This document shows positions 10,452 through 21,087 of a stretch of DNA of 55,047 nucleotides, piece by piece. Position 1 is the first letter of the stretch; each line of letters begins with the position of its first letter. Location of the stretch: contig CBDCEW010000049.1 in the NCBI GenBank assembly GCA_965215885.1, positions 1 through 55,047 of the forward strand, written 5' to 3'. The stretch is from Candidatus Moanibacter sp. (GTDB lineage Bacteria > Verrucomicrobiota > Verrucomicrobiia > Opitutales > UBA2987). Under the pieces are notes generated by a model. That model ran no database searches. It had not been told where the DNA came from and saw nothing but the letters and a program-made list of their open reading frames with translations. The position numbers and the translations under genes were made by a program.

Positions 10452-11720
10452 TCAAAGATTCTTGGGCAGCAGGTATCGCCCGTCCTTCTTCTCCATCGGC
10501 GGCAGTTCCTCGCCCTTCGGGACGATCTTCCAGAACTCGTCTGCTTCCTCGACACTCTTGAGGTCGAGGTAGTGCTTGCGGCTTACAGCTTCCGAGTTGC
10601 CCGCCTGCAGGGCCGTGTCACCGACCGACCGGAAGGCCCCGACCGTCATCGAAATGAAAGTGTGCCGCATTACGTCATACGGGAGGTTACGCCCCTTGCG
10701 GACATCGACCCAGAGGTCGCGCATGCGGCGCGGAATGATCGGATAATCCCTGATCGGGTATTTCTCCAGCCAGCGGCGGAGATTCGGCTGGAGCTTGATC
10801 GTGCGCTTCTCGTTGACTTTGGAAATTTCTGGTTCGATCAGGATCACGTCGGTATCGAAGCGGATGTCCTGCGGGCGCAGCTTCCCGATCTCGCCGTCTT
10901 TGAAGTCGGGCCGGATGCCGGCGAACAGCGTGAGTGCGAAGTAGGGCACCATGCAGCCCGGTCGGCCCCACCACGAGCCGTCCTTGTTCTGCTTCCCGCG
11001 ATAGGTCTCCAGCCAGTACATGAATTCCTTCGCTTCCGCAGCGGACAGCGTCGCCGCCGTTCCGCGGGCTTTCTTCACCTTGAATTGAGGCACATCGAGG
11101 ATCGGATTCTCGGCGACGTATTTCTTGGCGAGGCAGTATTTGAAGAAGGTGCTCAGGTAACCGCGCCGGTTGTTCCAGGTCTTCAGGGATGGCACCGCCT
11201 TCGACCGGCCCCGCGTTTTGTCCAGGTATTCCCGTAGTTCATCGCCACGGATTTCCCCGACAATCCGTCCCGCGAAGTAATCCTTGTGGTTGTCCATCTC
11301 GATGCTGATGGCCCGCTCCTGGCGACGGGAAATGATCCCGCGCTCAAACTCCCGGGACCTCTCATCGGTATATTCCTCCACGGCAGCTTCAACCGCCATC
11401 GTTTCGGCAGCTTCCTTGTAATGGTCGAGGAAGTATTTGACGGCGAAGGTCAACGACTTCGTCGAGTTCGACTCTTTCAGCAGATTGACCGCCGCAATCG
11501 CGTCGCGATTTTGATCATGCGTCAGGGTGGTCCAGACGGTCTGTCCTTCGGACTCTCCTTGGAGGAACTGAATTTCCAGCTCCTGACGATACGCGACCGC
11601 ATCGGATCGCGTCTTGAAATTCTTGCGGATGCTCTTGCCATCCAGCGTGCCCGACACGCGGTAAGCTTTGCCGCCGGAGGGATTCGTGAAAGGAGAGATT
11701 TTGAAACGATGCTTGGACAT
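10452..11720 (-). CDS. Tyrosine recombinase / phage-type integrase
   Basis: LFAGIRP (catalytic R), DVMRHTFIS, AGNSEAVSRKHY (catalytic Y); start at MSKHRFKISPFTNPSG. Confidence 0.9.
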   Translation of the reverse strand: MSKHRFKISPFTNPSGGKAYRVSGTLDGKSIRKNFKTRSDAVAYRQELEIQFLQGESEGQTVWTTLTHDQNRDAIAAVNLLKESNSTKSLTFAVKYFLDHYKEAAETMAVEAAVEEYTDERSREFERGIISRRQERAISIEMDNHKDYFAGRIVGEIRGDELREYLDKTRGRSKAVPSLKTWNNRRGYLSTFFKYCLAKKYVAENPILDVPQFKVKKARGTAATLSAAEAKEFMYWLETYRGKQNKDGSWWGRPGCMVPYFALTLFAGIRPDFKDGEIGKLRPQDIRFDTDVILIEPEISKVNEKRTIKLQPNLRRWLEKYPIRDYPIIPRRMRDLWVDVRKGRNLPYDVMRHTFISMTVGAFRSVGDTALQAGNSEAVSRKHYLDLKSVEEADEFWKIVPKGEELPPMEKKDGRYLLPKNL

Positions 11721-11787
11721 GACTTTTGAAATTTGCAGATTTAATTCTGCAAATTTAAGCCATACCCGCATAAATACTAGCCTAAAA

Positions 11788-11812
11788 TGGTGGAGGTGGC
11801 GGGAGTTGAACC
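11788..11812 (-). other. att core: 3' end of a tmRNA (or tRNA-Ala-like) gene
   Basis: Minus strand GGTTCAACTCCCGCCACCTCCACCA = T-loop, T-stem 3' strand, acceptor strand and CCA, ~70 bp upstream of the integrase start; the rest of the RNA gene is absent. Confidence 0.8.
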
Positions 11813-12980
11813 TGCCCAGTTCCTCCACCTCGGCCTATTGCCAGGCACGTCAGCGCATAGGTATAGAGGACTTACAAAAGATCGGTGAAGAGGTCAGCGA
11901 GCAGATACACAAGGAGATAAGGCAAGCGCAGCGGTGGAAGGGGCACGAGGTCAGAGTGATAGACGGTACTGGGATCAGTATGCCCGATACCGAGCAGAAC
12001 CAGAGGGCCTTTCCCCAACCCGGGGGGCAGAAAGAGGGGTGCGGATTTCCCGTCATGCTTCTGGTGGGCTGTTTCTGTTTGGCCAGCGGGGCCTTGCTGC
12101 ACTGTGTCGAGACCACCTTAAAAAACCATGAAAGCGGCATTTTGCGCAAATTCGTTGGGTATTTGAAAAAAGCAGAGGTGGTTCTGTGCGACCGCGGTTA
12201 TTGCTCTTATGCCAATCTGGGGCTGCTTCTAAACCATCAAATGGACGCGGTCATGCGCCTGCACCAAAGGCGCAAATGCGACTTCCGTAGCGGCCAAACA
12301 CTGGGCCGATACGATCGGCTGGTGACCTGGAAAAAACCGCAGAGACAGCACGGGTTCAGCCCGGAAGAATGGGCTCAATTACCGGCCGAACTGACTCTGC
12401 GAATGGTGCGTTTCTTCGTTCAGATCAAAGGATTCCGTACCCGAAAGATCGATCTTGTGACCACCTTTACCGACCCCCTCCAATACACCGTAGAGGATCT
12501 GGCCGATCTCTACTTCCGCCGCTGGTCAGTGGAACTGTTTTTTCGCGACATTAAAACGACTATGAAGATGGAAACGGTACGCTGCCTTACTCCCGAAATG
12601 GTGCGTAAGGAAATCCAGCTGTTCTTTATCGCCTATAATCTCATCCGCGCCCTCATGCAACACCCCGCCACCCTCTATCAGCGTGACCTGCATCGGCTCA
12701 GCTTCAAGAGCACGGTCGACACCGTTCGGCAGTACTGCACCGCTCTGAACGCCACCCGCAAGCAGCCTCGAAAGCAACAACGCATCATTGACGAGATGGT
12801 TCTGATTATTGCCGAGGAGACTGTTCCACTACGAGAACACCGCAGCGAACCACGAGCGGTCAAACGAAGACCGAAACCTTACCAATTACTAACGAAGCCG
12901 CGAGGGAAAATGAAAGTCTCGCGCTCGCGCAGAAACAAAGGCAAAAATCGTCGTTAATCGGGCTTATCTTAGCGCCATTC
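11806..12980 (+). mobile_element. IS4-family element, 5'-truncated (transposase stop at 12957)
   Basis: PSSSTSAYCQARQRI, VIDGTG, LCDRGYCSY, YFRRWSVELFFRDIK (YREK), EPRAVKRRPKPY; right end cttagcgccatt at ~12968-12979. Confidence 0.88.
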
Positions 12981-13248
12981 GGGTCAGACTGCGAATTGTT
13001 GGATTGACAATTTCGACGTTTCTACCCTCTAACACGTGTCTTTCGGGCCACTGGAACGAACTTGACACCGATTGAAAGCCAACTTGGCGGAGTGTTAAAT
13101 GACACCCCCACTATCCTGCCCTGGATAATATGGGTGTCCCAATATTCTTTTGGCAGGTGGAAGATTTCTCTGCTTGCAATTTCAAGGAACTTGAACTGAA
13201 CGGCTCCACTGAACCGACCATTGCCTTCAATTCTGTCACTCCATATCC

Positions 13249-13635
13249 CTACCAGATTGTCTCTACTCCGTACCGGGAGATTGTAGGATCGACTGTCAGT
13301 ATCGGCATCTCGTTCAGTTGGCTTTGAGCGATCAGAATACGATCGAAGGGATCTCGATGGAGAAGTGGAAGTGTGTAGACGTGCAGGGTATGTCGAAGAT
13401 CAATCGACATGACTGCTATATTGTTGCGGTGCAATTCTTCGGTGATGAATTGCGCCAGATTTGCCGGCAAACGCAACTTCCCGATCTTTGTTTTGATAGC
13501 GATTTCCCAGCCCGAGGCGGCACTGAAAAACAGCTCGTTGGATCCGCTTTGAATCGTGGCATAGGCGGTTTCCGAAAGTCTCGGATCATTGTCAATCCAC
13601 CACAGAAAAGAATGGGTATCGAGCAAGACTTGCAC
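13249..13635 (-). CDS. vapC: VapC PIN-domain toxin
   Basis: LLDTHSFLW..SAASGWEIAIK..HRDPFDRILIAQ. Confidence 0.92.
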   Translation of the reverse strand: MQVLLDTHSFLWWIDNDPRLSETAYATIQSGSNELFFSAASGWEIAIKTKIGKLRLPANLAQFITEELHRNNIAVMSIDLRHTLHVYTLPLLHRDPFDRILIAQSQLNEMPILTVDPTISRYGVETIW

Positions 13636-13641
13636 GTGGGA

Positions 13642-13893
13642 TCAACTATCTGACTCGGTACCTTCGAAAGCCTCCAGGATCTCGTCCGGAAGCGGGTCAT
13701 TGAAATCTGGCGCCATCCAGATCTTTCCTTTGGCGCTGCCCGATTTGCGGCCCTTAGGCTTTTGCTTCAAGGGTATAATCTTCGCCACCGGTTTTCCGGA
13801 TTTAGCGATCACGATCTCTTCGCCCGCAATAACCCGCTGCAGGAGTTTGGAAAGATGAGTTTTGGCTTCGTGGACGTTGAATGTTGCAATCAT
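13642..13893 (-). CDS. Phd/YefM-family antitoxin
   Basis: NVHEAKTHLSKLL..GEEIVIAKSGKPVAKI, 6 bp upstream of vapC. Confidence 0.92.
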   Translation of the reverse strand: MIATFNVHEAKTHLSKLLQRVIAGEEIVIAKSGKPVAKIIPLKQKPKGRKSGSAKGKIWMAPDFNDPLPDEILEAFEGTESDS

Positions 13894-14141
13894 TGGTCTT
13901 CCGGACTCCGTTAATTCGATATATCTTCGACCTAATTAAACTAAGTTTTAAACTAAGTCAACAAGGAGATTCATTTCGGACATATACTGAGGGTTCAGAA
14001 TTCAGGATTCGACCCTACTGGTCAATTATACACGTTGGTTTCGACAAAACCAGATGGGCAACGTCGACAGCCTCTAAGATCCTTTATCGTAATCCCGCTC
14101 GATTCCGAATCGCGCAGCGATCCTCAACGATTTCAGCTTAA

Positions 14142-14399
14142 ATGTATCGGGATCGCAAGCTGGCCTGGGGATCCTACGTGGATGCCACGCGAAACGTAGT
14201 CGACGCAGCTAACGCGGTCGGCGCCAAAGTCATTCTCGTCTCCACCGAATGGGTCTTTGGCGGCACTCAGCGGGATGCCGATGAAACCACGCCGCCCCTG
14301 GCCAGCGAAAGCGCAGAAATGATGCTGCGGATCATCGAACATGATAAAAGCGGCATATTTCACTGCTGCGGAGGCGAGCGCGGAAATATTCGACTTTGA
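14142..14399 (+). pseudogene. dTDP-4-dehydrorhamnose reductase (RmlD)-like remnant with internal deletion
   Basis: ATRNVVDAANAVGAKVILVSTEWVFGG..DETTPP joined to ..SGIFHCCG; no Rossmann N-terminus and no YxxxK. Confidence 0.6.
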
Positions 14400-14638
14400 T
14401 ACCAACCTGCTCCAATCCGCCGAACCGGACCTGACAGGTTATGAAGGGGTGTAGATTCCATACGATACCAGCATGTCAGCCAACGACACCGAGCCAATTG
14501 GAATATCAACTACCCACGGTTCGCCAGATCTTGCATACCTACCGTCGCCAAAGGGAATCGAATGCACTGGCATTGGTGGCGGATGGTTAGTCCGGAAATA
14601 TCCGAGACCTGTGGTGAGCTTTGTCAAATAGTCGGCCA

Positions 14639-14769
14639 GACAAGGCGACGAAGTTGACGACGAAGCTCGCGACAAAGATTCCCTCACGGGAAGAGAAGCT
14701 CCTCCCAAACTTGATCGTAAGCTTCGTCGTAAGCTATGTCGAAAGAGCACCTCGTCGCGAACCTTGTCG
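14639..14769. repeat. 12-bp-periodic palindromic repeat cluster
   Basis: cgacgaagttga/cgacgaagctcg/cgacaaag followed by inverted cttcgtcg/cctcgtcgcgaa/ccttgtcg units; related cluster at 19672-19709. Confidence 0.65.
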
Positions 14770-14827
14770 AAATATCCTCAATCGCCTGAAGATAAACCGT
14801 TGAAGATACTAGCCCGAACATTTCAGA

Positions 14828-15488
14828 CAGCGCCGATTAAAACCGGCAGTAAGTAGTGAATGAAAGAGTCATACAGTAAAGAACTAGTCAATCGTACTGG
14901 CCCCGAGTCATGGCGGTATATCTGAGAGGGTATGCTGCAAGCGTTGACAGGGGAAGATGCAGGCTGGGTGATTGAGCCGCGAAAGTTGGGCAAGGTTTGG
15001 AGGGCCGACCTTCTTGAAATATGGGGAAGGCAAAATCGGACGGGTCGCAAAGACGAAGAGCCGTCCGGCCTCTGCGCGGTCGGAGAGCGGGGCATGCAAG
15101 GAAGCTTACTGAGCGGGAATCGGGAGAGCCGAGGGCTGGCAGCGCAAAGCAGCGTTGTCGGCACCGCGAATCCAAGGAGTAATGCGGTGATGAACGGTCC
15201 ACGGCAGTCGGACAGGTCCGTAGTACCGAAGAAGGCGGCGAACAAAGATGGTGCTGCGGCACTGTTGGCGGAGTCGCTGGAGGAAAGGGACCTGCCCAAG
15301 GGGAATCCTCAAGAGCAAACCAACCGCCGGACACAGGACCGGGAAAGCTTGTCACAAGCGCAGGCGAGGATACGGCGAGCGGCACAGTACGCTTGCGCGT
15401 TAATACCCGAGGGAGGAGCCCGGTGCGGTAATTCCGCTCGCCGGGATCTGTGCGGGGGGTCCCCGGCGACGGGGATTCCTACCGCGAC
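14828..15488 (+). ncRNA. ORF-less group II intron (bacterial class E-like)
   Basis: Domain I motifs ggccccgagtcatg..aagcgttgacagggg..attgagccgcgaaa; DII/III cagtcggacaggtccgtagtaccgaagaag..ggaggaaagggacctg; domain V gagcccggtgcggtaattccgctcgccgggatctgtgcgggggg; domain VI ending cctaccgcgAC; no RT (YADD) ORF. Confidence 0.9.
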
Positions 15489-15880
15489 CAAACCATCTGC
15501 TGCGACTGCGGATCTCACTGCGCCTCAAAGCCTTCCTTTGCCCGGCGACCTCAGAGGGTTTCAACACGCTGTCACCCGCCGGACTGCGAAAAGGCCTTGA
15601 TTCGCAGCAAGCTACGCATTCTCGCTACGATGTGTGTGAAATGTCCGGGCTAGCGCAAATTGTAGGACCGCGCTTGTCGAAGAGCATGAGCTCCGTCGAA
15701 GGTCGCGGGATCGATCAGGTCGGTTATTCGAAACTGAGTACGAAGGTCACGATTGACGCAATCCGGAATAAATACTCTTCGAACTTTCCACGGTAAAACC
15801 GGAAGCATCTTGTCTTTTTTTCCTCCGCGATTATCAATTCCAACAGAACCATTCGAACGGATCTCAACGGGAACCAAACG

Positions 15881-17773
15881 ATGCCGAAGAAGAGAAACCG
15901 CACACTCCGCCTCACTGTAGGACAAGCGGTAGTTAAATTCCTCTCCGTTCAGTACAGCGAGCGAGACGGACAGCGACAGCGCCTGATTCCGGGATTATTT
16001 GGAATCTTCGGACATGGAAATGTCTGCGGGCTCGGACAGGCGCTGGAGGAACACGGAAAGGATCTGCCTTATTTTCAACCCTGCAACGAACAGTCGATGG
16101 TGCACACCGCTACCGGTTTCGCCAAGGCGACCCGCCGCCGGCAGACACTGGCCTGCACCTCATCGATCGGCCCGGGTGCAACCAATATGATGACGGGGGC
16201 GGCCCTGGCCACGATCAACCGGCTCCCGGTCCTCCTGTTACCCGGCGACTATTTCGCGACCCGTTACCAGGGTCCCGCCCTTCAGCAACTCGAGCACCCG
16301 GTATCGGCCGACGTCAGCGTGAATGATGCTTTCCGGCCGCTCAGCCGGTTTTTTGATCGGATCTCGCGACCTGAACAACTGCTGACCGCTCTGCCGGAAG
16401 CGATGCGCGTATTGACCGATCCGGCGGAATGTGGAGCGGTCACGGTAGCGCTGCCGCAGGATGTCCAGTCCCATGCTTACGATTATCCCGTTCACTTTTT
16501 CGAAAAGCGCGTCTGGCGAATTGAGCGACTTTCTCCCGACCGGCAGCGCATTGACGAAGCCGTCGCGCTTCTGAAGAAGGCTAGGCGCCCCATGATCATC
16601 GCGGGTGGCGGCGTCATCTACTCTGAGGCTTCTGGCGAACTGCAGAAGTTCGCGGAAAGCTTCGGAATTCCCGTGAGTGAGACCCATGCCGGAAAGGGCG
16701 CTCTCCTCAAGGATTCGTCGATCCGTCTCAGCGGCCAGGGCGTGGAGGGCACCGGCGCAGCTGCCAAAGTGAGTGCCGATGCCGACCTCGTCATCGCTGC
16801 GGGGACTCGCTTGGCCGATTTTGCCACCGGTTCACAGTCAATTTTCCAGAATGCGGACGTGAGGTTTATCGGAATCAATGTTGCCGGACACGACGCCTTC
16901 AAGAACGGCGCCCTGCCGATACAGGCCGACGCTCGCGAGGCGCTGCGCGCGCTGCAGAGGAGGGCAAAAGCCGCTGGAGTGCAAAGCCGCAAAACCTATA
17001 TCGCGGAGGTGGAAAAAGCGAAAAGAGCCTGGTCGCAAACCCTCCAGCGGGAAGCCTTTACCCCCGTTAAGGGGGAAGCCATGAGCCAGGCGGAAATCGT
17101 TAAAACAATGAACGACTGCGCGCAAGCCGGTGATGTCGCGGTTGGCGCCGCGGGAACTCCCCCGGGAGATCTCCTGAAACTATGGGATACCACGGGCGAC
17201 CGAGCCTGCCTACTCGAATTCGGTTACTCCTGCATGGGTTGGGAGCTTCCGGCCGGCCTGGGAATACGCATGGCACGGCCAAAGGGTGAGGTCTATGTCT
17301 ACATTGGCGATGGAACTTACCTGATGAACCCGACGGAGTTGGTCACAGCATTGCAGGAGAATTTGAAGGTCACGGTGGTCATCGCCAACAACTACGGCTA
17401 TCAAGTCATTCGGAGGCTTCAGATGTGGCGGACTGGCCGCGGATTCGGAAACGAATTTCGCGCTCGCCGGAAGAAGGACAACCGTCTCGAAGGTAAATAC
17501 CTGTCGGTCGATTTCGGAAAAAACGCGGAGAGCATGGGCGCGCGCGCCTGGGACGTGGATTCGCCGGAATCGCTGAAGGAGGCACTTGGCGAAGCGCGTC
17601 GGGAAACGCGGTCCTGCGTCATCGTCGTTGAGACCGAAAAGCATCGCTTCGCCCCGGGAGCCGGCGTCTTCTGGGATGCGGCGCCGGCTGAAACAAGCGG
17701 GCACGCGGAAACGCAACAGACCCGCAAGGAGTACGAAGCCGAGCGCGATAAGCTGCAACGTTTCTATTACTGA
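15881..17773 (+). CDS. iolD: 3D-(3,5/4)-trihydroxycyclohexane-1,2-dione acylhydrolase (ThDP-dependent)
   Basis: RLTVGQAVVKFL..GIFGHGNVCGLGQAL, TSSIGPG, LQQLEH, EFGYSCMGWE, GDG..NN ThDP motif. Confidence 0.95.
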   Translation: MPKKRNRTLRLTVGQAVVKFLSVQYSERDGQRQRLIPGLFGIFGHGNVCGLGQALEEHGKDLPYFQPCNEQSMVHTATGFAKATRRRQTLACTSSIGPGATNMMTGAALATINRLPVLLLPGDYFATRYQGPALQQLEHPVSADVSVNDAFRPLSRFFDRISRPEQLLTALPEAMRVLTDPAECGAVTVALPQDVQSHAYDYPVHFFEKRVWRIERLSPDRQRIDEAVALLKKARRPMIIAGGGVIYSEASGELQKFAESFGIPVSETHAGKGALLKDSSIRLSGQGVEGTGAAAKVSADADLVIAAGTRLADFATGSQSIFQNADVRFIGINVAGHDAFKNGALPIQADAREALRALQRRAKAAGVQSRKTYIAEVEKAKRAWSQTLQREAFTPVKGEAMSQAEIVKTMNDCAQAGDVAVGAAGTPPGDLLKLWDTTGDRACLLEFGYSCMGWELPAGLGIRMARPKGEVYVYIGDGTYLMNPTELVTALQENLKVTVVIANNYGYQVIRRLQMWRTGRGFGNEFRARRKKDNRLEGKYLSVDFGKNAESMGARAWDVDSPESLKEALGEARRETRSCVIVVETEKHRFAPGAGVFWDAAPAETSGHAETQQTRKEYEAERDKLQRFYY

Positions 17774-17776
17774 GTG

Positions 17777-18664
17777 ATGGAGATAAAGATTGGAAGCGCT
17801 CCCGACTCATGGGGAGTATGGTTCGCGGAAGATGAGAAACAGTCTCCCTGGGACCGCTTTCTGGACGAGATTCAGGAAGCGGGTTACGAATGGACTGAGT
17901 TGGGCCCCTACGGATATTTGCCGACCGATTTATCGACCCTTCGCCGAGAGCTCGAGAAACGAAAACTGCGAGTTTCGGGCACATTCGCCATGGCCCCACT
18001 TTGGAACTCGGCTGACTGGCCCGAACTGGAGCGGCAGGTGCTTGGCGCCGGTGAGCTATTGGCCGGGGTGGGAGCAGAGTACCTCGTGCTTATCGACGAC
18101 ACCTACTCGGATCCATGGACTGGGGAGATGCGATCTCCGAAGCAACTGGACGAAGACGCCTGGCAGCGCCTGGTCGACACCGCGCACCGTGTCGGGGAAA
18201 TCGCCAGAAGCCAGTTTCGCCTGCGGACCGTATTTCACTCCCATGCGGAAACTCATGTCGAGTATGAGGATCAAATTGAGCGGTTTCTATCCCAGACGGA
18301 CGCTGATTTGGTAGCGCTTTGCCTCGATACCGGTCATCACGCCTACCGCGGCGGGGATCCTATAGCATTCATGCGCAAGCACCACGAGCGCATTCCCTAC
18401 CTTCACCTCAAGAGTGTTGATTCGGAGGTAGTGCAAAAGGTGAAAACTGAAGAGATCACCTTCGGGCCGGCAGTCGGAATGGGGATCTTCTGCGAACCTG
18501 CCTTGGGGTCAGTCGATTTTCTCGCGTTCCGCGACCTCTTGCAGGAGATCGAGTTCAGAGGGTTCGCCATCGTTGAGCAGGATATGTATCCGGCACCTTT
18601 CGAAAAGCCGCTCCCGATTGCGAAGCGGACGCGGGAATACCTCCGGGAGATCGGGATCGGCTAG
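17777..18664 (+). CDS. iolE: Myo-inosose-2 dehydratase-like TIM barrel protein
   Basis: GSAPDSWGVWF, ELGPYGYLP, LDTGHHAY, HLK, VEQD; directly downstream of iolD. Confidence 0.75.
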   Translation: MEIKIGSAPDSWGVWFAEDEKQSPWDRFLDEIQEAGYEWTELGPYGYLPTDLSTLRRELEKRKLRVSGTFAMAPLWNSADWPELERQVLGAGELLAGVGAEYLVLIDDTYSDPWTGEMRSPKQLDEDAWQRLVDTAHRVGEIARSQFRLRTVFHSHAETHVEYEDQIERFLSQTDADLVALCLDTGHHAYRGGDPIAFMRKHHERIPYLHLKSVDSEVVQKVKTEEITFGPAVGMGIFCEPALGSVDFLAFRDLLQEIEFRGFAIVEQDMYPAPFEKPLPIAKRTREYLREIGIG

Positions 18665-18677
18665 GAATCTGTCGGAC

Positions 18678-19469
18678 TTAGGTCTGCTTCAGCAGTTCCT
18701 CGCTCTCGCGGCGTTGACGGTACCCGGCTACAATAACACCTGGACGTCCAAGGCTCTGACCGGCCGTCTGGACGTTATGGGGATTTCGGAAACCGATGCG
18801 GACGAGACGGCGGTGTTTGTCAGTTTTATTGATATAAGATCCGTGAACCGTGTGGATTGAGAAACAAACCACGTCCCCCCTATTTGCCGGGACCGCGACA
18901 GTATCTTCCAGGTGGTAATCATCGGTCGGCAGGTGTGGGGAGCACGGCCCATCATCCGTTTCCGTGACATGCTGCAAAGCACCGTTTTTGTGCGAACCCC
19001 GGAGGTAACGGATCTCACCGTTGTCGGCGTTTGTGTCGTCCAGATGGACGAGCGTGTCAACATAGCGCCCATCCGAATGCGCGTAAAATGGATGATCCTG
19101 GTGCATCGGGAACGGGTGCCCGGTCTGCGGCGGTTTTATATGCATTGTCGAGTGGTGCAGTTCCACGTCCGGCCCGATCAGGTCTGCGATCGCTCCGACG
19201 AGGTTGGGCTTCGTGACCGCGCGCATCCAGGCTTCGGAGTAGAGGTGCAGGTCGTGCAGGTGGGTCAACTTGGTCATCTGTTCCGTCGCCTTGTCCATGT
19301 AGACCCTCCGCCACGGGCCGCTCCAACCGGGGGTAGTCATCGACCAGTCCAGCACGAGCCGGCTGAACGCCTCTTCGAGCTCGTCAGTCTCCTCGGGTGT
19401 GAATACCTGCGGAATGCGCAGAAATCCATTCTCGTGGAAGAAATTGATATCCTTCTGTTTCAGCGTCAT
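18678..19469 (-). CDS. Phytanoyl-CoA dioxygenase (PhyH) family Fe/2OG protein
   Basis: FFHENGFL, KPP..HQD..VHGSYIN..RR. Confidence 0.9.
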   Translation of the reverse strand: MTLKQKDINFFHENGFLRIPQVFTPEETDELEEAFSRLVLDWSMTTPGWSGPWRRVYMDKATEQMTKLTHLHDLHLYSEAWMRAVTKPNLVGAIADLIGPDVELHHSTMHIKPPQTGHPFPMHQDHPFYAHSDGRYVDTLVHLDDTNADNGEIRYLRGSHKNGALQHVTETDDGPCSPHLPTDDYHLEDTVAVPANRGDVVCFSIHTVHGSYINKTDKHRRLVRIGFRNPHNVQTAGQSLGRPGVIVAGYRQRRESEELLKQT

Positions 19470-19848
19470 AACTCTTCCCCCAGCATATCGGCGATACAGA
19501 CTTGCGGCTATACCATCTGTCGCTGCACGATGAGAATTCGCGTCGACAGAGTCAAGCGCCTTGTAGCCGATCAGGAGCTCCTCGATGCATCGATCGAATG
19601 CGTCGGCTTCTTTCCTTTTCCACGTGCCGATAAACGCATCCAGCCTGTTTACTAACTTGGGATTGAGCGCAGCAAACCTCGTCGCAAACCTTGTCCCGAA
19701 CCTTGTCGATCGGTTGCCACTTCACTGCTTTGGGCTATCCGTGGTTCCTCCTTTCATATGAAGATATTAACCTGACACCACACTGAATTCCTGTTTGATT
19801 TCAATAAGGGTGTCGGCTAGCGTCACATCGCACACGTAGGGGAGACAC

Positions 19849-20902
19849 TTGATGGCGGACGCGGACAATAAAAGAAACGCACTGGTTGACGATATGCCTC
19901 GCGACAGCCGGGGGTTCTGGCAGCCGGAGAGGGGGACGGCACCGCCAAGCCCATTGTTCACCTGGCCGCCAAATCCGGTAGCGGTCTTAAAATGGCTCTT
20001 CGGTATTCCAGGATACCTCTTTCCCTGGAATCTCTTTTACATGGCGCTCGCGACGGTGTTTACACGCTCGCGACGGGCTCTACTTCCAACCGGCCCTTTC
20101 ACGATGCGCGGAGTTTCGCGCCGACTGGATCCTGCAGATGTTCGTTCGCAATCAGGTGATGCTCGTGCTTATCGCCGGCGGCTGGCATCTCTGGCTGTGG
20201 TCGCGCAAGGCCTAGGGGATGAATTTCAAATACACGACGGACTGGTTGGCGACGGGGAATCGCAAATTTCTCTGGGGAAACCAGCTTCGCGACAACATTT
20301 TCTGGAGCTGCGTCAGCGGGGGAACGATCTGGACGGCCTACGAGGTCCTCATGATGTGGGCCTACGCTAATGGGACGCTCCCCTATGTCAGCCCGCGTGA
20401 GCATCCCGTCTACTTCGTCTTTCTGCTCTGCTGCATCCAGATGTGGCGCCTGTTCCACTTCTACTGGTCGCACCGTATCACGCATTGGCCCCCGCTCTAC
20501 AAGGCGGCGCACTATCTTCACCACAAGAACGTCAACATCGGGCCGTGGTCGGGGTTGTCGATGCACCCGATCGAGCATATCATTTACTTCAGCTGCATTC
20601 TGATTCATTGGATCGTGCCCTCGCACCCGATCCATATGCTGATGAACGCGCAGCACGCCGCTCTAACTCCGGCGCAGGGACATGTCGGATTCGAGAAGGT
20701 CGTGGTGAAAGGAGATTCCGGCGTCCCGGCCGCTTCCTACTTTCACCAGATGCATCACCGCTATTTCGAGTGCAATTACGGGGAGAGCGATTTTCCCTTC
20801 GACCGGTGGTTCGGCACCTTTCACGACGGCTCTCCGAAAGCGCATGCGGTGATGCGGGAGAAGCGCAAGGTCAGTCATCAGGTGCTAGTCGGGAAGGATT
20901 GA
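19849..20902 (+). pseudogene. Sterol desaturase / fatty acid hydroxylase family, frameshift plus stop
   Basis: His boxes HFYWSHR, HYLHH, HQMHH; N-terminus in another frame (shift ~20060-20110) and in-frame TAG at 20213. Confidence 0.8.
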
Positions 20903-21087
20903 CGGCGAGAGGAACCTTCGTCGTAACACTCAGCGGGAACCATAGGGTAGGTCCCTGCTTCGACTTTGAAACGTGGTACTCGACATGAGATCACGGCTTG
21001 CCTTGAGCTCCGTCGAACGGATTGAGAGACACGATGAAAGAGGGAAAGCTAACGAAGTGAAAGGAGGATCGGTGCGAGTCGTCGGCT

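Noticed and set aside
9484..11720. Intact prophage
   Set aside because: Only a 103-aa terminase fragment and an integrase; no structural genes.
11668..11828. Extended N-termini of the IS4 ORF (from 11668) and integrase ORF (from 11828)
   Set aside because: Chance open frames across the att junction; recognisable similarity starts at ~11806 and 11720 respectively.
11788..11850. Complete tRNA or tmRNA gene
   Set aside because: Only the 3' 25 nt are present; the adjoining sequence is transposase coding.
14932..15600. 222-aa ORF as a protein-coding gene
   Set aside because: It is a translation of group II intron RNA domains with no RT motifs.
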